Positions 1 to 8,913 of a stretch of 52,250 nucleotides of DNA are shown one piece after another. The stretch is from Acidimicrobiia bacterium (GTDB lineage Bacteria > Actinomycetota > Acidimicrobiia > Spongiisociales > ZC4RG35). The DNA lies in assembly GCA_035250485.1 (NCBI GenBank), contig DATFFB010000016.1:1-52250 (forward strand), in the 5' to 3' direction. The stretch's first letter is position 1. Each line of letters opens with the position of its first letter. The notes beneath the pieces are model-generated. The model saw only the letters and a list, made by a program, of their open reading frames with translations, did no database searches and had not been told where the DNA came from. The position numbers were made by a program, and so were the translations under genes.

Positions 1-7
1 TGAAGTC

Positions 8-292
8 TTAGCCGGCGCGGCGTCGGCGTTCGGCCAGCCAACGCTTGCGAAGACGCCGGCGCTCGTCTTCGGCGAAACCGCCCCAGACTCCCGACTCTTG
101 ATTGGATTCGAGGGCGTATTGGAGACAGTCCTCCTGCACCGTGCAAACGGCGCAGATCTGTTTCGCGGCGGCGATTTGTTCGATGGCTGGTCCGGTGCTG
201 CCGATGGGGAAGAACAGACTCGGCTCCGAGTCCCGGCAGGCGGCGAGATCCCTCCATTCGGTGGTGATGGTGAGAGTGGGGGTGGTCATCAT
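8..292 (-). CDS. whiB: WhiB-family (WhiB1-like) Fe-S transcriptional regulator
   Basis: 94-aa ORF. Four Cys at positions 19/47/50/56 (C-x27-C-x2-C-x5-C). SGVWGG turn followed by a basic tail (ERRRLRKRW). Collinear with WhiB1-type Wbl proteins. AGGA SD-like motif 6 nt upstream of the ATG. Confidence 0.93.
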   Translation of the reverse strand: MMTTPTLTITTEWRDLAACRDSEPSLFFPIGSTGPAIEQIAAAKQICAVCTVQEDCLQYALESNQESGVWGGFAEDERRRLRKRWLAERRRRAG

Positions 293-302
293 CGGAGTTC
301 CT

Positions 303-320
303 TTGTGAACGCTTTCACAA
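303..320. promoter_or_regulatory. Perfect 18-bp palindrome TTGTGAA-N4-TTCACAA (CRP/GlxR-type TGTGA-N6-TCACA core) in the whiB/GDPD divergent spacer
   Basis: Read directly: TTGTGAACGCTTTCACAA. Arms are exact reverse complements and are identical to the arms at 14510-14527. Ends 10 nt upstream of the whiB start codon. Confidence 0.6.
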
Positions 321-422
321 GTTCGACCAGAACTAGTGAATAAGGGTTTTGTGATTGATCAGTTTGCACGGTACTCACGGCACGGGTAACCCGCAATCGA
401 TTTCGCCTTCGGATTTCTAGAG

Positions 423-1082
423 ATGACCTCCAGAAATCAGGGGATGGTGGTAATCGGCCACAGAGGCTGGCCGACCCGGTTTCCCGACAATTCCCTCGAG
501 GGAATCAAAGCGGCGGCGGAGGTGGCGGCCATGGTGGAGGTCGACGTTCGGCGCCACCCGTCGGGCGCCTTGGTTTTATCCCATGACCCGGTCACGGGGG
601 AGAGTCAGGCACCCACGCTGGACCAGGTTTTGGCGACGGTGTCCTCACCGCTCAACCTCGAGATCAAGAATTTCCCCGGCGACTACGGATTCGAAGGCGA
701 TCACCGACTGGCCCTGGAAACCGCCAGCCGGGCTCGACCGGGGGACTTGCTGACCTGCTTTTTCTGGCCCACGGTCGACGAGGTTCGGCTCCGCCACCCG
801 ACGGTGGCCACGGGTCTGTTGATCGATGTCGGCGCCAGCGTCGCCGATGCCACCGCCCACGCGCAACACCTTGGCCACGGGACTCTGGCCCCGAACTGGG
901 AATTGGCGCTATCGCAGCCTGATGAGATCAGAGCGGCCGTCGCCGCCGGCTTCGCCGTGGCCGTGTGGACCGTAAATGACCCCACGACCATCCCGGCATT
1001 GGCCAAACTCGGGGTGGGAGCCATCATTACCGATCACCCTGGCCTGATGGCCGCCGCCCTCGCTGACAGGATGCTGACATGA
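423..1082 (+). CDS. Glycerophosphodiester phosphodiesterase (GDPD) family protein
   Basis: N-terminal VIGHRG...FPDNSLEGI...EVDVRR...LSHD motif set typical of GDPD/UgpQ. ATGA overlap with the next gene. The true start could be the internal Met8. Confidence 0.85.
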   Translation: MTSRNQGMVVIGHRGWPTRFPDNSLEGIKAAAEVAAMVEVDVRRHPSGALVLSHDPVTGESQAPTLDQVLATVSSPLNLEIKNFPGDYGFEGDHRLALETASRARPGDLLTCFFWPTVDEVRLRHPTVATGLLIDVGASVADATAHAQHLGHGTLAPNWELALSQPDEIRAAVAAGFAVAVWTVNDPTTIPALAKLGVGAIITDHPGLMAAALADRMLT

Positions 1083-1543
1083 CAATCAAGGAAGAACTCA
1101 ACGCCGAACTGAAGGACGCCATGAAGGCCGGCGACGCCCGACGACGTGATGTCATCCGCATGATCGACACCGAGGTGACGCTGGCTCGCTCCGCCCCGGG
1201 CTTCAAGGGTGAGGTTGATGACGCTCTCTACCGAAAGGTCATCGCCGCCTACGCCAAGAAGATGGAAAAAGCCAAAGGTGAGTTCGAGCAAGCCGGCGAT
1301 CGGGGGGCGCCGATGGCCGAGAAACTGGGGTGGGAGGTCGAGTATTTGAGCCGTTGGCTACCAAAGAAACTCGACGAGGCGTCGACGGCTGCGCTGGTTC
1401 GATCAGCGATCGCCGAGCTCGGCGCGTCCGGGGATCCCAAGGCCTCAGGTCGTGTGATTGGCCAGATCATGAGGGATCACAAGGATGAGGTCGATGGGGC
1501 TCTCGTCAATCGCCTGGTGGCAGAGGCACTAAACGAAGGCTGA
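1079..1543 (+). CDS. GatB/YqeY domain-containing protein
   Basis: 154 aa. Characteristic N-terminus (IKEELNAELKDAMKAGD..R..IRMI) and C-terminal GKVIG-like segment (SGRVIGQIM) of the YqeY family. Confidence 0.88.
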   Translation: MTIKEELNAELKDAMKAGDARRRDVIRMIDTEVTLARSAPGFKGEVDDALYRKVIAAYAKKMEKAKGEFEQAGDRGAPMAEKLGWEVEYLSRWLPKKLDEASTAALVRSAIAELGASGDPKASGRVIGQIMRDHKDEVDGALVNRLVAEALNEG

Positions 1544-1559
1544 CCGCATCGAGAAAGCA

Positions 1560-2477
1560 ATGACCGCCGTGTACCAGCCGATGCTGGCCACCGCCTGGCC
1601 GAAAGCATTCGACTCCGACGACTGGTGGTTCGATCTCAAATGGGATGGCTTCCGCTGCCTGGCCTATACCGACGAGAAGCGAGTGCTGCTACGTTCCCGA
1701 AACGGCAAGGACCTGGGTGGCCGCTACCCCGCCCTGCTCGGTCTGCGAACCTCGGTTCCGGCGGTCATCGATGGAGAGATTGTCGCCGTTGGTCCGGACG
1801 GCAAGCCATCGTTCTTCCAGCTCGGGATGGCACCACCGCAGCTGGTCGTCTTCGACCTGCTGTATCTCGGGAAGGACGTGACGTCGCTTGCCCTCGAAGA
1901 TCGCTGGGGCCTGCTCGGGGAGCTTGACATTGAGGGACCGATCATCCGCGTCGACCCCACTCGGGGTGAGGGCGTGGCGCTCTTCGAGGCAGTGAAGGAC
2001 GCCGGCCTCGAAGGCATCGTTGGCAAGAAGTCGGGTTCTCGTTATCAGCCGGGTCGGCGGTCGGCTGACTGGCGCAAAGTCGTCGCCCGGTCACAACTGC
2101 GAGCGGTGGTGGGCGGCTATATGCGGGGCGAAGGGGGACGGGCGGGGTCGTTCGGATCGCTGATCGTCGGCCTCTATCAGGGGGACCAGTTGCTGGTGGC
2201 CGGAGCGGCAGGGTCGGGGCTCGACGAGCGGTCGCTGCGAACGCTGTTGCCCATCCTCAGAGCGAGCGAGCGGCCGAAATCGCCGTTTGCAGAAAGAGTT
2301 GACCTTCCCGGAGAGCCCGTCTGGGTCGAACCGACGTTGGTTGCCCGAATCGAATATCGAGAATGGACGCCTTATCGACGACTGCGAGCCCCGGTATACA
2401 AAGGCCTCGTCAACGACCTTGATCCTCGGGAAGTCACTTGGGAATCAGAGGCCCCTGACTTCGATCTGAAGTCTTAA
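1560..2477 (+). CDS. ligD: ATP-dependent DNA ligase, ligase-domain-only (NHEJ LigD/LigC type)
   Basis: Adenylation motif I KWDGFR, motif III-like LVVFDLLYL, EGIVGKK, DWRKV. 305 aa, so no polymerase or phosphoesterase domains. Convergent with ku. Confidence 0.85.
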   Translation: MTAVYQPMLATAWPKAFDSDDWWFDLKWDGFRCLAYTDEKRVLLRSRNGKDLGGRYPALLGLRTSVPAVIDGEIVAVGPDGKPSFFQLGMAPPQLVVFDLLYLGKDVTSLALEDRWGLLGELDIEGPIIRVDPTRGEGVALFEAVKDAGLEGIVGKKSGSRYQPGRRSADWRKVVARSQLRAVVGGYMRGEGGRAGSFGSLIVGLYQGDQLLVAGAAGSGLDERSLRTLLPILRASERPKSPFAERVDLPGEPVWVEPTLVARIEYREWTPYRRLRAPVYKGLVNDLDPREVTWESEAPDFDLKS

Positions 2478-2504
2478 ATCTCGTGTTTCGTCTTTTGCTC
2501 TTGA

Positions 2505-3290
2505 CTAGCCGGCTTTGCGCTTCTTGGTGGCTTCGACGCTGGCCTTGAGCGCCTCGAGGAGGTCGACCACCTTGGTCGGCTCGGGTGCCTCGGGAGCGAC
2601 GATTTCTTCGCCTTCGATTTTCTTCTGGGCCGCTTCCTCAATCGCCTGCCGGGTCAGATCCTGATACTCGGTGACCTCGAAGGGAGCAGTGAGGCCATCG
2701 ATCAGCATCTCGGCCATCTTCACCTCTTCAGGGCGGACATCGGCGTCGCCGTCTAGCTCCTCGAACTCGGCCTCGCGAATCTCGTCCGGCCAGTACATCG
2801 TCTCCATCACCAGAACACCGTCCTTGGCGCGGATCGTGGCGAGCTGCTGCTTGTCGCGGATCGAAACCTTGCAGAGACCGACGCGCTGCTTGGAGACCAA
2901 GGCATCGAGCAGGATCCGGTAGGCCTTGGCCCCCGTCTTTTCCGGCGCCAGGTAGTAGGAAGACTTGTAATAGATCGGGTCGATCTCGTCCTCGTCGACG
3001 AACTGGACCACGTCGACCAGGCGATTGCGATCACCGGCGGCGGCAGCCTCTAACTCCTCGTCGGTAAAGACGACGTACTTCCCCTTCTCGACTTCGTAGC
3101 CCTTGACGATGTCTTCCCAGGCGACCTCCTCGCCATCGGACTCGGCCACGCGCTTGTAGCGAATCGGCGAATGATCCTTCTCTCGCAGCATTTTGAACTT
3201 GGGGGTCTTTGATTCCGTGGCGGTGTACATGCCGACTGGAATCGTCACCAGACCGAAGGAAACGGCACCCTTCCACATTGCTCGCGGCAT
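2505..3290 (-). CDS. ku: Ku protein (non-homologous end joining)
   Basis: N-terminus M..WKGAVSFGLVTIPV is the hallmark bacterial Ku start. 261 aa with a basic C-terminal tail (KKRKAG). Confidence 0.95.
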   Translation of the reverse strand: MPRAMWKGAVSFGLVTIPVGMYTATESKTPKFKMLREKDHSPIRYKRVAESDGEEVAWEDIVKGYEVEKGKYVVFTDEELEAAAAGDRNRLVDVVQFVDEDEIDPIYYKSSYYLAPEKTGAKAYRILLDALVSKQRVGLCKVSIRDKQQLATIRAKDGVLVMETMYWPDEIREAEFEELDGDADVRPEEVKMAEMLIDGLTAPFEVTEYQDLTRQAIEEAAQKKIEGEEIVAPEAPEPTKVVDLLEALKASVEATKKRKAG

Positions 3291-3364
3291 GGTGGGAATG
3301 ATACCGAGGGCGAAGGGGAAGCCAGAGGGCGAGCCACCGGTGACCGGTACAATTCGGGCATCCC

Positions 3365-3437
3365 GCCCTCGTAGCTCAGGGGATAGAGCGCTGGCCTCCG
3401 GAGCCAGGTGCGTGGGTTCGAATCCCGCCGAGGGCGC
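3365..3437 (+). tRNA. tRNA-Arg (anticodon CCG)
   Basis: Hand-folded cloverleaf. Acceptor GCCCTCG/CGAGGGC, D arm GCTC-AGGGGATA-GAGC, anticodon stem CTGGC/GCCAG with loop CTCCGGA, T arm GTGGG-TTCGAAT-CCCGC, discriminator G. Confidence 0.9.
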
Positions 3438-3442
3438 CGTTT

Positions 3443-3493
3443 CCTCCCCCAGCGAACGAAGTGAGTGTTGGGGGAGGTGTCGCCGAAGGCGAC
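3443..3493. terminator. Two consecutive hairpins between tRNA-Arg and the 3' end of ilvE
   Basis: CCTCCCCCA-N17-TGGGGGAGG (3443-3477) followed by GTCGCC-gaa-GGCGAC (3479-3493). They lie between convergent transcription units. No clear U-tract. Confidence 0.45.
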
Positions 3494-3501
3494 GGAGGGG
3501 G

Positions 3502-4494
3502 CTACACCATGCGTACCCAGCCGAAGGGATCGTCCACCACCCCGGAGTGGATGTCGGTCAATGCCTTTCGAAGCCGCATGGTGTTGGCACCGACTTCGCC
3601 GCCACCGATGGTGATCTCCTCGCCCCGGTGAATGAAAGTCCCCACGCCGGAGAGAACGGCGGCGGTGCCGGAGAGGGCCGCCTCACCCTCCCACTCGAGC
3701 ACCTCCTGCACCGGCAATGGGCGTTCCTCCACCCGGTATCCGAGCCTTTCGGCCAGACGGAGCGTGGAGTCTCGGGTCACCCCGTGGAGGAACGATCCAC
3801 TCAGGGGGGCGGTGACGACTACGTCATCTGAGATGAGGAGAAAGTTCGACGCCCCGGTTTCCTCGACCAAGCCGTTGGGGGCGAAAAGGACCTGGTCCGC
3901 CCCGAGGTCATTCCTCGCCGCGACCACAGTCCGCAAAGCAGCCGCGTAGTTGCCTCCGGTCTTAGCCATCCCGAACCCTTCAGTGGAGCGACGAGCTTCC
4001 TCCTCGATCAGGATCCGCAGCGGCCTGATTCCACCCGAGAAATAATCGCCAACGGGCGAGGCGATGACGAAGTAAAGACCAGACACGGGCGGGTGGGCTG
4101 CAGCTCCGATGTTGGCCTCGGTCCCGACGAGCGTTGGGCGCAGATAGAGGCTTCCGGGTGGTTCGGGGATCTCGTCTCGATTCGTCCGGACCACTTCTTC
4201 GACCATTGCCATCGTCATTTCCACGGGCGGGGGCGGCAGGCAAAGAAGCTCTGCGCTTTGAACCAGGCGGGCGGCATGAGCATCGATCCGAAAGATTCGA
4301 GCCGAGCCATCGACGCCGCGATGCGCTTTCAGGCCCTCAAAGCAGGCGCTCCCGTAATGAAAAACGTGAGCGGCGGGATGGAGCGAGAAGTCGGCCGTTT
4401 TCTCGATCTCCCAGGCGCCAAAGGCACCTTCCTCGAAACTGGCGATTGCCATCTGGGGTGCGAAGACGGTGCCGAAGGGAGGGAGCTTCGCCAT
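3502..4494 (-). CDS. ilvE: Branched-chain amino acid aminotransferase
   Basis: Class IV aminotransferase features (FHYGSACFEGLKAHR, LYLRP, GGNYAA, TPPL-like LSGSFLHGVTRDS). The listed ORF start (4680) overlaps hom, so it was trimmed to Met63 (4494). Met77 (4452) is also possible. Confidence 0.88.
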   Translation of the reverse strand: MAKLPPFGTVFAPQMAIASFEEGAFGAWEIEKTADFSLHPAAHVFHYGSACFEGLKAHRGVDGSARIFRIDAHAARLVQSAELLCLPPPPVEMTMAMVEEVVRTNRDEIPEPPGSLYLRPTLVGTEANIGAAAHPPVSGLYFVIASPVGDYFSGGIRPLRILIEEEARRSTEGFGMAKTGGNYAAALRTVVAARNDLGADQVLFAPNGLVEETGASNFLLISDDVVVTAPLSGSFLHGVTRDSTLRLAERLGYRVEERPLPVQEVLEWEGEAALSGTAAVLSGVGTFIHRGEEITIGGGEVGANTMRLRKALTDIHSGVVDDPFGWVRMV

Positions 4495-4543
4495 CGCGAG
4501 GAAGGCTAACGGACTCCGAACAGGGCATACCATCGCCCCGCAG

Positions 4544-5818
4544 ATGGCTGTCGGAATCGGAATCCTGGGCGGGGGAGTGGTCGGTGGCTCGCTGGCGCGT
4601 CGCCTCCTCTCCGATCGCCAGGCGATCCTGCAGAAGACGGGCCTCGACCTCGAGCTCGTCAAGATCGCCATCCGCGACACCGAGCGCTCACGGCTTTTCC
4701 CAGCCTCCTACGCCACCACCCGGACAGAGGACGTGGTCGATGATCCCGAAGTCGATCTAGTGGTCGAGCTCTTGGGCGGACGACGACCCGCCGGATCCCT
4801 CGTCCGACGGGCCCTGCAGGCCGGCAAGCCAGTTGTCACCGCCAACAAGGAGCTGCTTGCCGCCGAAGGCCCCGAGCTCTTCGATATCGCCGCCGGAAAG
4901 GGCGTCTCTCTTCTCTTCGAGGCGGCGGTGGGGGGCGGCATCCCCCTCATCAGGCCTCTGACCGAGTCTCTGGCCGGGGAAAAGCTCACCAGGGTGATCG
5001 GGATTGTCAACGGGACGACCAATTACATCCTGTCGGCGATGGCCGAAGCCGGGACATCGTACGAAGACGCCTTATCGGAAGCCCAACGATTGGGCTTCGC
5101 CGAGGCCGATCCGACCGCCGATGTCGGAGGAGCAGATGCGGCCGCCAAAGCAGTCATTCTCGGGGGTTTGGCGTTCGGGGTCTGGGCGGACGCCGAGGCG
5201 GTCTACCGGAGGGGGATCGATGATCTCCAAATTGCCGAGATCGCGTTTGCCCGCGAGCTGGGCTACGTGGTCAAGCTGCTGGCTACCGCCGAGTCGTTGC
5301 CCGCGGGGATATCGGTTCGAGTCCATCCCGCCCTCGTCCCCCTCTCCCACCCCCTGGCCTCGATTCGCGGCGCCACCAACGCCGTTTTTGTAGAGGGCCC
5401 CGCCATCGGCCAGCTCCTCTTCTCCGGACCGGGCGCTGGGGGCGAGCCCACCGCCACCGCTGTGCTCGGGGATGTCATCGATGCTTCGCGGGAATTACTC
5501 GCCGGAGCCCAAGTGACCCCGCGAGTGATCGTGGGAGCGGGGTCGGTGGCGGAGATGGCGAAAGTGGCGAGTCGCTACTACCTACGGCTCGAGGTTTCCG
5601 ACAGTCCCGGTGTCCTGGCCGCAATCGCTTCGGCGTTCGGAGAGAACCAGGTGTCGATCGCCTCGGTCCGCCAGGATGGACGTGGCGACGAGGCGACCGT
5701 GATCCTGATCACTCACGAGGCCGCCGAACGCGACCACCAGGCGGCGGTCGACCAACTCCGGGCGCTCGCCGTCGTAAAGCAGGTGGCGGCCACTATCCGG
5801 GTGTTGGGGGTCGAGTAA
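4544..5818 (+). CDS. hom: Homoserine dehydrogenase
   Basis: N-terminal GILGGGVVGG Rossmann motif, TANKELLA, and a C-terminal ACT-like region. Start trimmed to the ATG at 4544 (MAVGIGILG). Confidence 0.93.
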   Translation: MAVGIGILGGGVVGGSLARRLLSDRQAILQKTGLDLELVKIAIRDTERSRLFPASYATTRTEDVVDDPEVDLVVELLGGRRPAGSLVRRALQAGKPVVTANKELLAAEGPELFDIAAGKGVSLLFEAAVGGGIPLIRPLTESLAGEKLTRVIGIVNGTTNYILSAMAEAGTSYEDALSEAQRLGFAEADPTADVGGADAAAKAVILGGLAFGVWADAEAVYRRGIDDLQIAEIAFARELGYVVKLLATAESLPAGISVRVHPALVPLSHPLASIRGATNAVFVEGPAIGQLLFSGPGAGGEPTATAVLGDVIDASRELLAGAQVTPRVIVGAGSVAEMAKVASRYYLRLEVSDSPGVLAAIASAFGENQVSIASVRQDGRGDEATVILITHEAAERDHQAAVDQLRALAVVKQVAATIRVLGVE

Positions 5819-5824
5819 GAAGCG

Positions 5825-7186
5825 ATGAGGTTCGTTTCCACCCGGGGTGACCCAGGCCGGCCCAGCTTCTATGAGATCCTCCTCGGCGGCCTCGCACCCG
5901 ACGGGGGCCTTTACGTGCCGGAGACCTGGCCTCGACTTGAGCTGGGGCCGACCTATCCCGAGACGGTGGCGAACGCGTTGGAGTCGTTCCTCGCTGACAG
6001 CCCGCTGGCGGGAATGGCGCTCGAGGTGGCTCAGGATGCATTTGCCGGCTTCCGCCACCCCGAGGTCGCACCGCTGAGCCAGCTTTCCGACGGCCGCTTC
6101 CTCCTCGAGCTCTTCTGGGGCCCGACCCTGGCCTTCAAGGATCATGCCCTCCAGGTGTTGGGTCGGCTCTTCGAACACGCCTTGGCGGTGCAGGAAAGGC
6201 GGGTGACGGTCCTGGTGGCCACCTCGGGAGATACCGGCTCGGCGGCGATCGCCGCCGGCCGGGGGGCGATGCGGATCGACGTGGTGGTCCTCTATCCGAA
6301 GGACCGGGTCTCCGAATTCCAGCGGCGGCAAATGACGACGGTGAACGACGCCAACGTCCGAGCGGTGGCGGTCGAAGGAACCTTCGACGACTGTCAGGGC
6401 CTGGTCAAACGAGCCTTCGCCGACGAGTCACTGCGGAGGAATCTGGTGGCCATGAACTCGATCAACTTTGCCCGGATCGTGGTCCAGGCGGCGTATTACG
6501 TCTGGATCGCCAGCCGGGTCCAGGGGGCCGACTTCGTCGTCCCCACGGGGAATTTCGGGAACGTCTTCTCCGGCTGGGCAGCGCGCCGAATGGGCGCCCC
6601 CATTGGCCGGCTGGTCATCGCCAACAACGCCAATCATGGGCTGTTTGACTGGGTTGAGCGGGGGGTTCTAGCAGTCGGCGAGGTGATGCCGACGCTGGCC
6701 CCGTCGATGGACATCCAGATTCCATCCAACCTCGAAAGGTATCTCTTCGAGCTTGCGGACCGGGATCCCGAACGGGTGTGGGCCTGGCAGCAGGAGCTTC
6801 GAGCCAGTGGCCGGATTGAGATTCCTGCTTCTCTGCACAGCGACGTTGCCGATGAGTTCGCGGCTTCCTGGTTCGATGACAGCCAGATCCTGGCGGCGAT
6901 CAAGGCGGTCTGGGAAACCGAGCAGAGGCTCCTCGATCCCCATACCGCCTTGGCCTGGCTGGCCGGCAACGACCATCGACGCCTCGGAGTCGATCAGGTG
7001 TTGCTGGCGACCGCCGATCCAACCAAATTCGCTTCCGCCATCGCCGCGGCCACCGGGATCGAGCCCGTACCCGCGCCCGGCTTCGCGCATGTGCTCACCG
7101 ATACCGAGCGCCTCTATTCGATTCCCAACGACTTCGCTTCCCTAGCCGCGATCTTGCGCGATCGAGAGAAAGGGTCGATCGAATGA
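5825..7186 (+). CDS. thrC: Threonine synthase
   Basis: MRFVSTRG...SFYEILLGGLAPDGGLYVP N-terminus, PLP-lysine context LAFKD, SGDTGSA. 453 aa. Confidence 0.95.
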   Translation: MRFVSTRGDPGRPSFYEILLGGLAPDGGLYVPETWPRLELGPTYPETVANALESFLADSPLAGMALEVAQDAFAGFRHPEVAPLSQLSDGRFLLELFWGPTLAFKDHALQVLGRLFEHALAVQERRVTVLVATSGDTGSAAIAAGRGAMRIDVVVLYPKDRVSEFQRRQMTTVNDANVRAVAVEGTFDDCQGLVKRAFADESLRRNLVAMNSINFARIVVQAAYYVWIASRVQGADFVVPTGNFGNVFSGWAARRMGAPIGRLVIANNANHGLFDWVERGVLAVGEVMPTLAPSMDIQIPSNLERYLFELADRDPERVWAWQQELRASGRIEIPASLHSDVADEFAASWFDDSQILAAIKAVWETEQRLLDPHTALAWLAGNDHRRLGVDQVLLATADPTKFASAIAAATGIEPVPAPGFAHVLTDTERLYSIPNDFASLAAILRDREKGSIE

Positions 7187-7374
7187 TTTGCGTATCGGAG
7201 TTCGCTGCTACTATTCAATTCACCGCCCGCCTTTGAAGAGCGGGCATGCCGTTGGTCAATCTCCCACTGGTCGTGGGTTCCTGTCTGGGTAAAGGGCTCG
7301 GTCAGATCGGCCGATTACCCGACTAACCAACTACCTGCGCTGGGAGTGGCCTTCCCCTCGACACGAGCGAGAAA

Positions 7375-8910
7375 ATGAGCACACGAGCGCAACTGCAAAA
7401 CAAGTCGATCAACGAATTGCGAGAGATCGCCGAGGCAGTCGGAGTCGAAGCCGACGGACTGCAAAAATCAAAGCTGATCAGCGCCCTGATGGCTGCCGGT
7501 GGCATCACCGAGGACGACGCTGACGCGGCCTCCGTCGATCTTCCCGCAGTCAGAACCCGCCCCGAGAACGGAGAGGCTCCCCGCCCTGACGATTCCGACG
7601 GGGAATCCGATGAGCCCGTCATCCAGGCTACGGGAATCGAGATCGACGAGCCCGATGGCGAGGGCTTCGACCGCGACGACTTTCGCGGCAATCGCCGGCG
7701 CCGGCGCCGCCGTGGGGGAGGCGGACAGGGCGGCGGCCAGGGAGGTCGCGAGCGTGGTGATTACCAGTACGAGCAAATTCCTGAAGGCGATCTCGAGGTT
7801 CGCGAGGGGTATCTCGACATCCTTCCCGAGGGATACGGTTTTCTCCGGGTCACGGGTTACCTCCCAGGCGATCGCGACGTCTATGTCTCGGCGGGCCAGG
7901 TGCGCAAGTTCGGCCTTCGCAAGGCCGATCTCGTGGCAGGTCCGATCCGACCGGCCCGGGCACAGGAAAAGTTCCCGGCGCTCATCCGGATCGACACCGT
8001 CAACGGGATGTCGAGTGAGGAAGCCGCCCGCCGGCCCCGCTTCGAGCAGCTCACCCCGCTCTTTCCGGACGAACGACTCCGGCTCGAGATCGACGGTAAG
8101 TCCAATGGAGTTCTGACCCGGATCATCGATCTCATCGCCCCGATCGGAAAGGGTCAACGGGGTCTAATCGTCTCCCCACCCAAGGCTGGCAAAACGACGG
8201 TGCTGAAGGAGATCGCGCAGTCGATCACCACCAACAATCCCGAGTGCCATCTCATGGTCGTCCTCGTCGACGAGCGTCCCGAAGAGGTGACCGACATGCA
8301 GCGCTCGGTCAAGGGCGAAGTGATCTATTCGACCTTCGATCGTCCGGCCGAGGAGCACACCCAGGTTTCCGACCTCGCCATCGAGCGCGCCAAGCGACTG
8401 GTGGAGACCGGAACCGACGTCGTGATCCTCCTCGACTCGATCACCCGATTGGCCAGGGCTCACAACCTCGCGACCCCGGCTTCGGGTCGGATTCTCTCCG
8501 GTGGTGTCGATTCGACCGCCCTCTATCCGCCCAAGCGCTTCTTCGGAGCGGCCCGCAACATCGAGGAGGGTGGGTCTTTGACCATCCTCGCCACAGCACT
8601 GGTGGAGACCGGTTCGAAGATGGACGAGGTGATCTTCGAGGAGTTCAAGGGCACCGGCAATATGGAGGTTCGCCTCGACCGCAAGCTGGCAGACAAGCGG
8701 ATCTACCCGGCCCTCGACATCGAGGCCTCGGGGACGAGAAAAGAGGAGCTCCTCTTCGACCGCAAGGAATTGGCTCAGGTGTGGAAACTTCGCCGGGTCC
8801 TTCTCGCCCTGGAATCAGGGGCCGCCCTCGAGTTGTTGATAGATCGGCTGAAGAACTCGAAGTCGAACGAAGAGTTCCTGGCCGAAGTAGCCAAGTCGTC
8901 GGGCAGCTAA
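7375..8910 (+). CDS. rho: Transcription termination factor Rho (with acidic plus Arg/Gly-rich N-terminal insertion)
   Basis: Rho_N start (INELREIA), RNA-binding segment [15 protein letters not shown], Walker [18 protein letters not shown] run [21 protein letters not shown]. Confidence 0.97.
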   Translation: MSTRAQLQNKSINELREIAEAVGVEADGLQKSKLISALMAAGGITEDDADAASVDLPAVRTRPENGEAPRPDDSDGESDEPVIQATGIEIDEPDGEGFDRDDFRGNRRRRRRRGGGGQGGGQGGRERGDYQYEQIPEGDLEVREGYLDILPEGYGFLRVTGYLPGDRDVYVSAGQVRKFGLRKADLVAGPIRPARAQEKFPALIRIDTVNGMSSEEAARRPRFEQLTPLFPDERLRLEIDGKSNGVLTRIIDLIAPIGKGQRGLIVSPPKAGKTTVLKEIAQSITTNNPECHLMVVLVDERPEEVTDMQRSVKGEVIYSTFDRPAEEHTQVSDLAIERAKRLVETGTDVVILLDSITRLARAHNLATPASGRILSGGVDSTALYPPKRFFGAARNIEEGGSLTILATALVETGSKMDEVIFEEFKGTGNMEVRLDRKLADKRIYPALDIEASGTRKEELLFDRKELAQVWKLRRVLLALESGAALELLIDRLKNSKSNEEFLAEVAKSSGS

Positions 8911-8913
8911 TAC

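Noticed and set aside
345-366. Second TGTGA half-site (TGTGATTGATCAGTTTGCAC) near the whiB palindrome
   Set aside because: The partner half (AGTTT / TGCAC) does not match TCACA at N6 spacing. It is not a convincing second operator.
3291-3501. tRNA-Arg as an integration site for a genomic island
   Set aside because: I saw no integrase, no direct repeat of the tRNA 3' end, and no mobile-element genes nearby. The flanking genes (ku, ilvE) are ordinary chromosomal genes.
3193-3831. 212-aa plus-strand ORF running across the tRNA-Arg gene and into ilvE
   Set aside because: It overlaps a clear tRNA and lies antisense to ilvE. The translation is low complexity.
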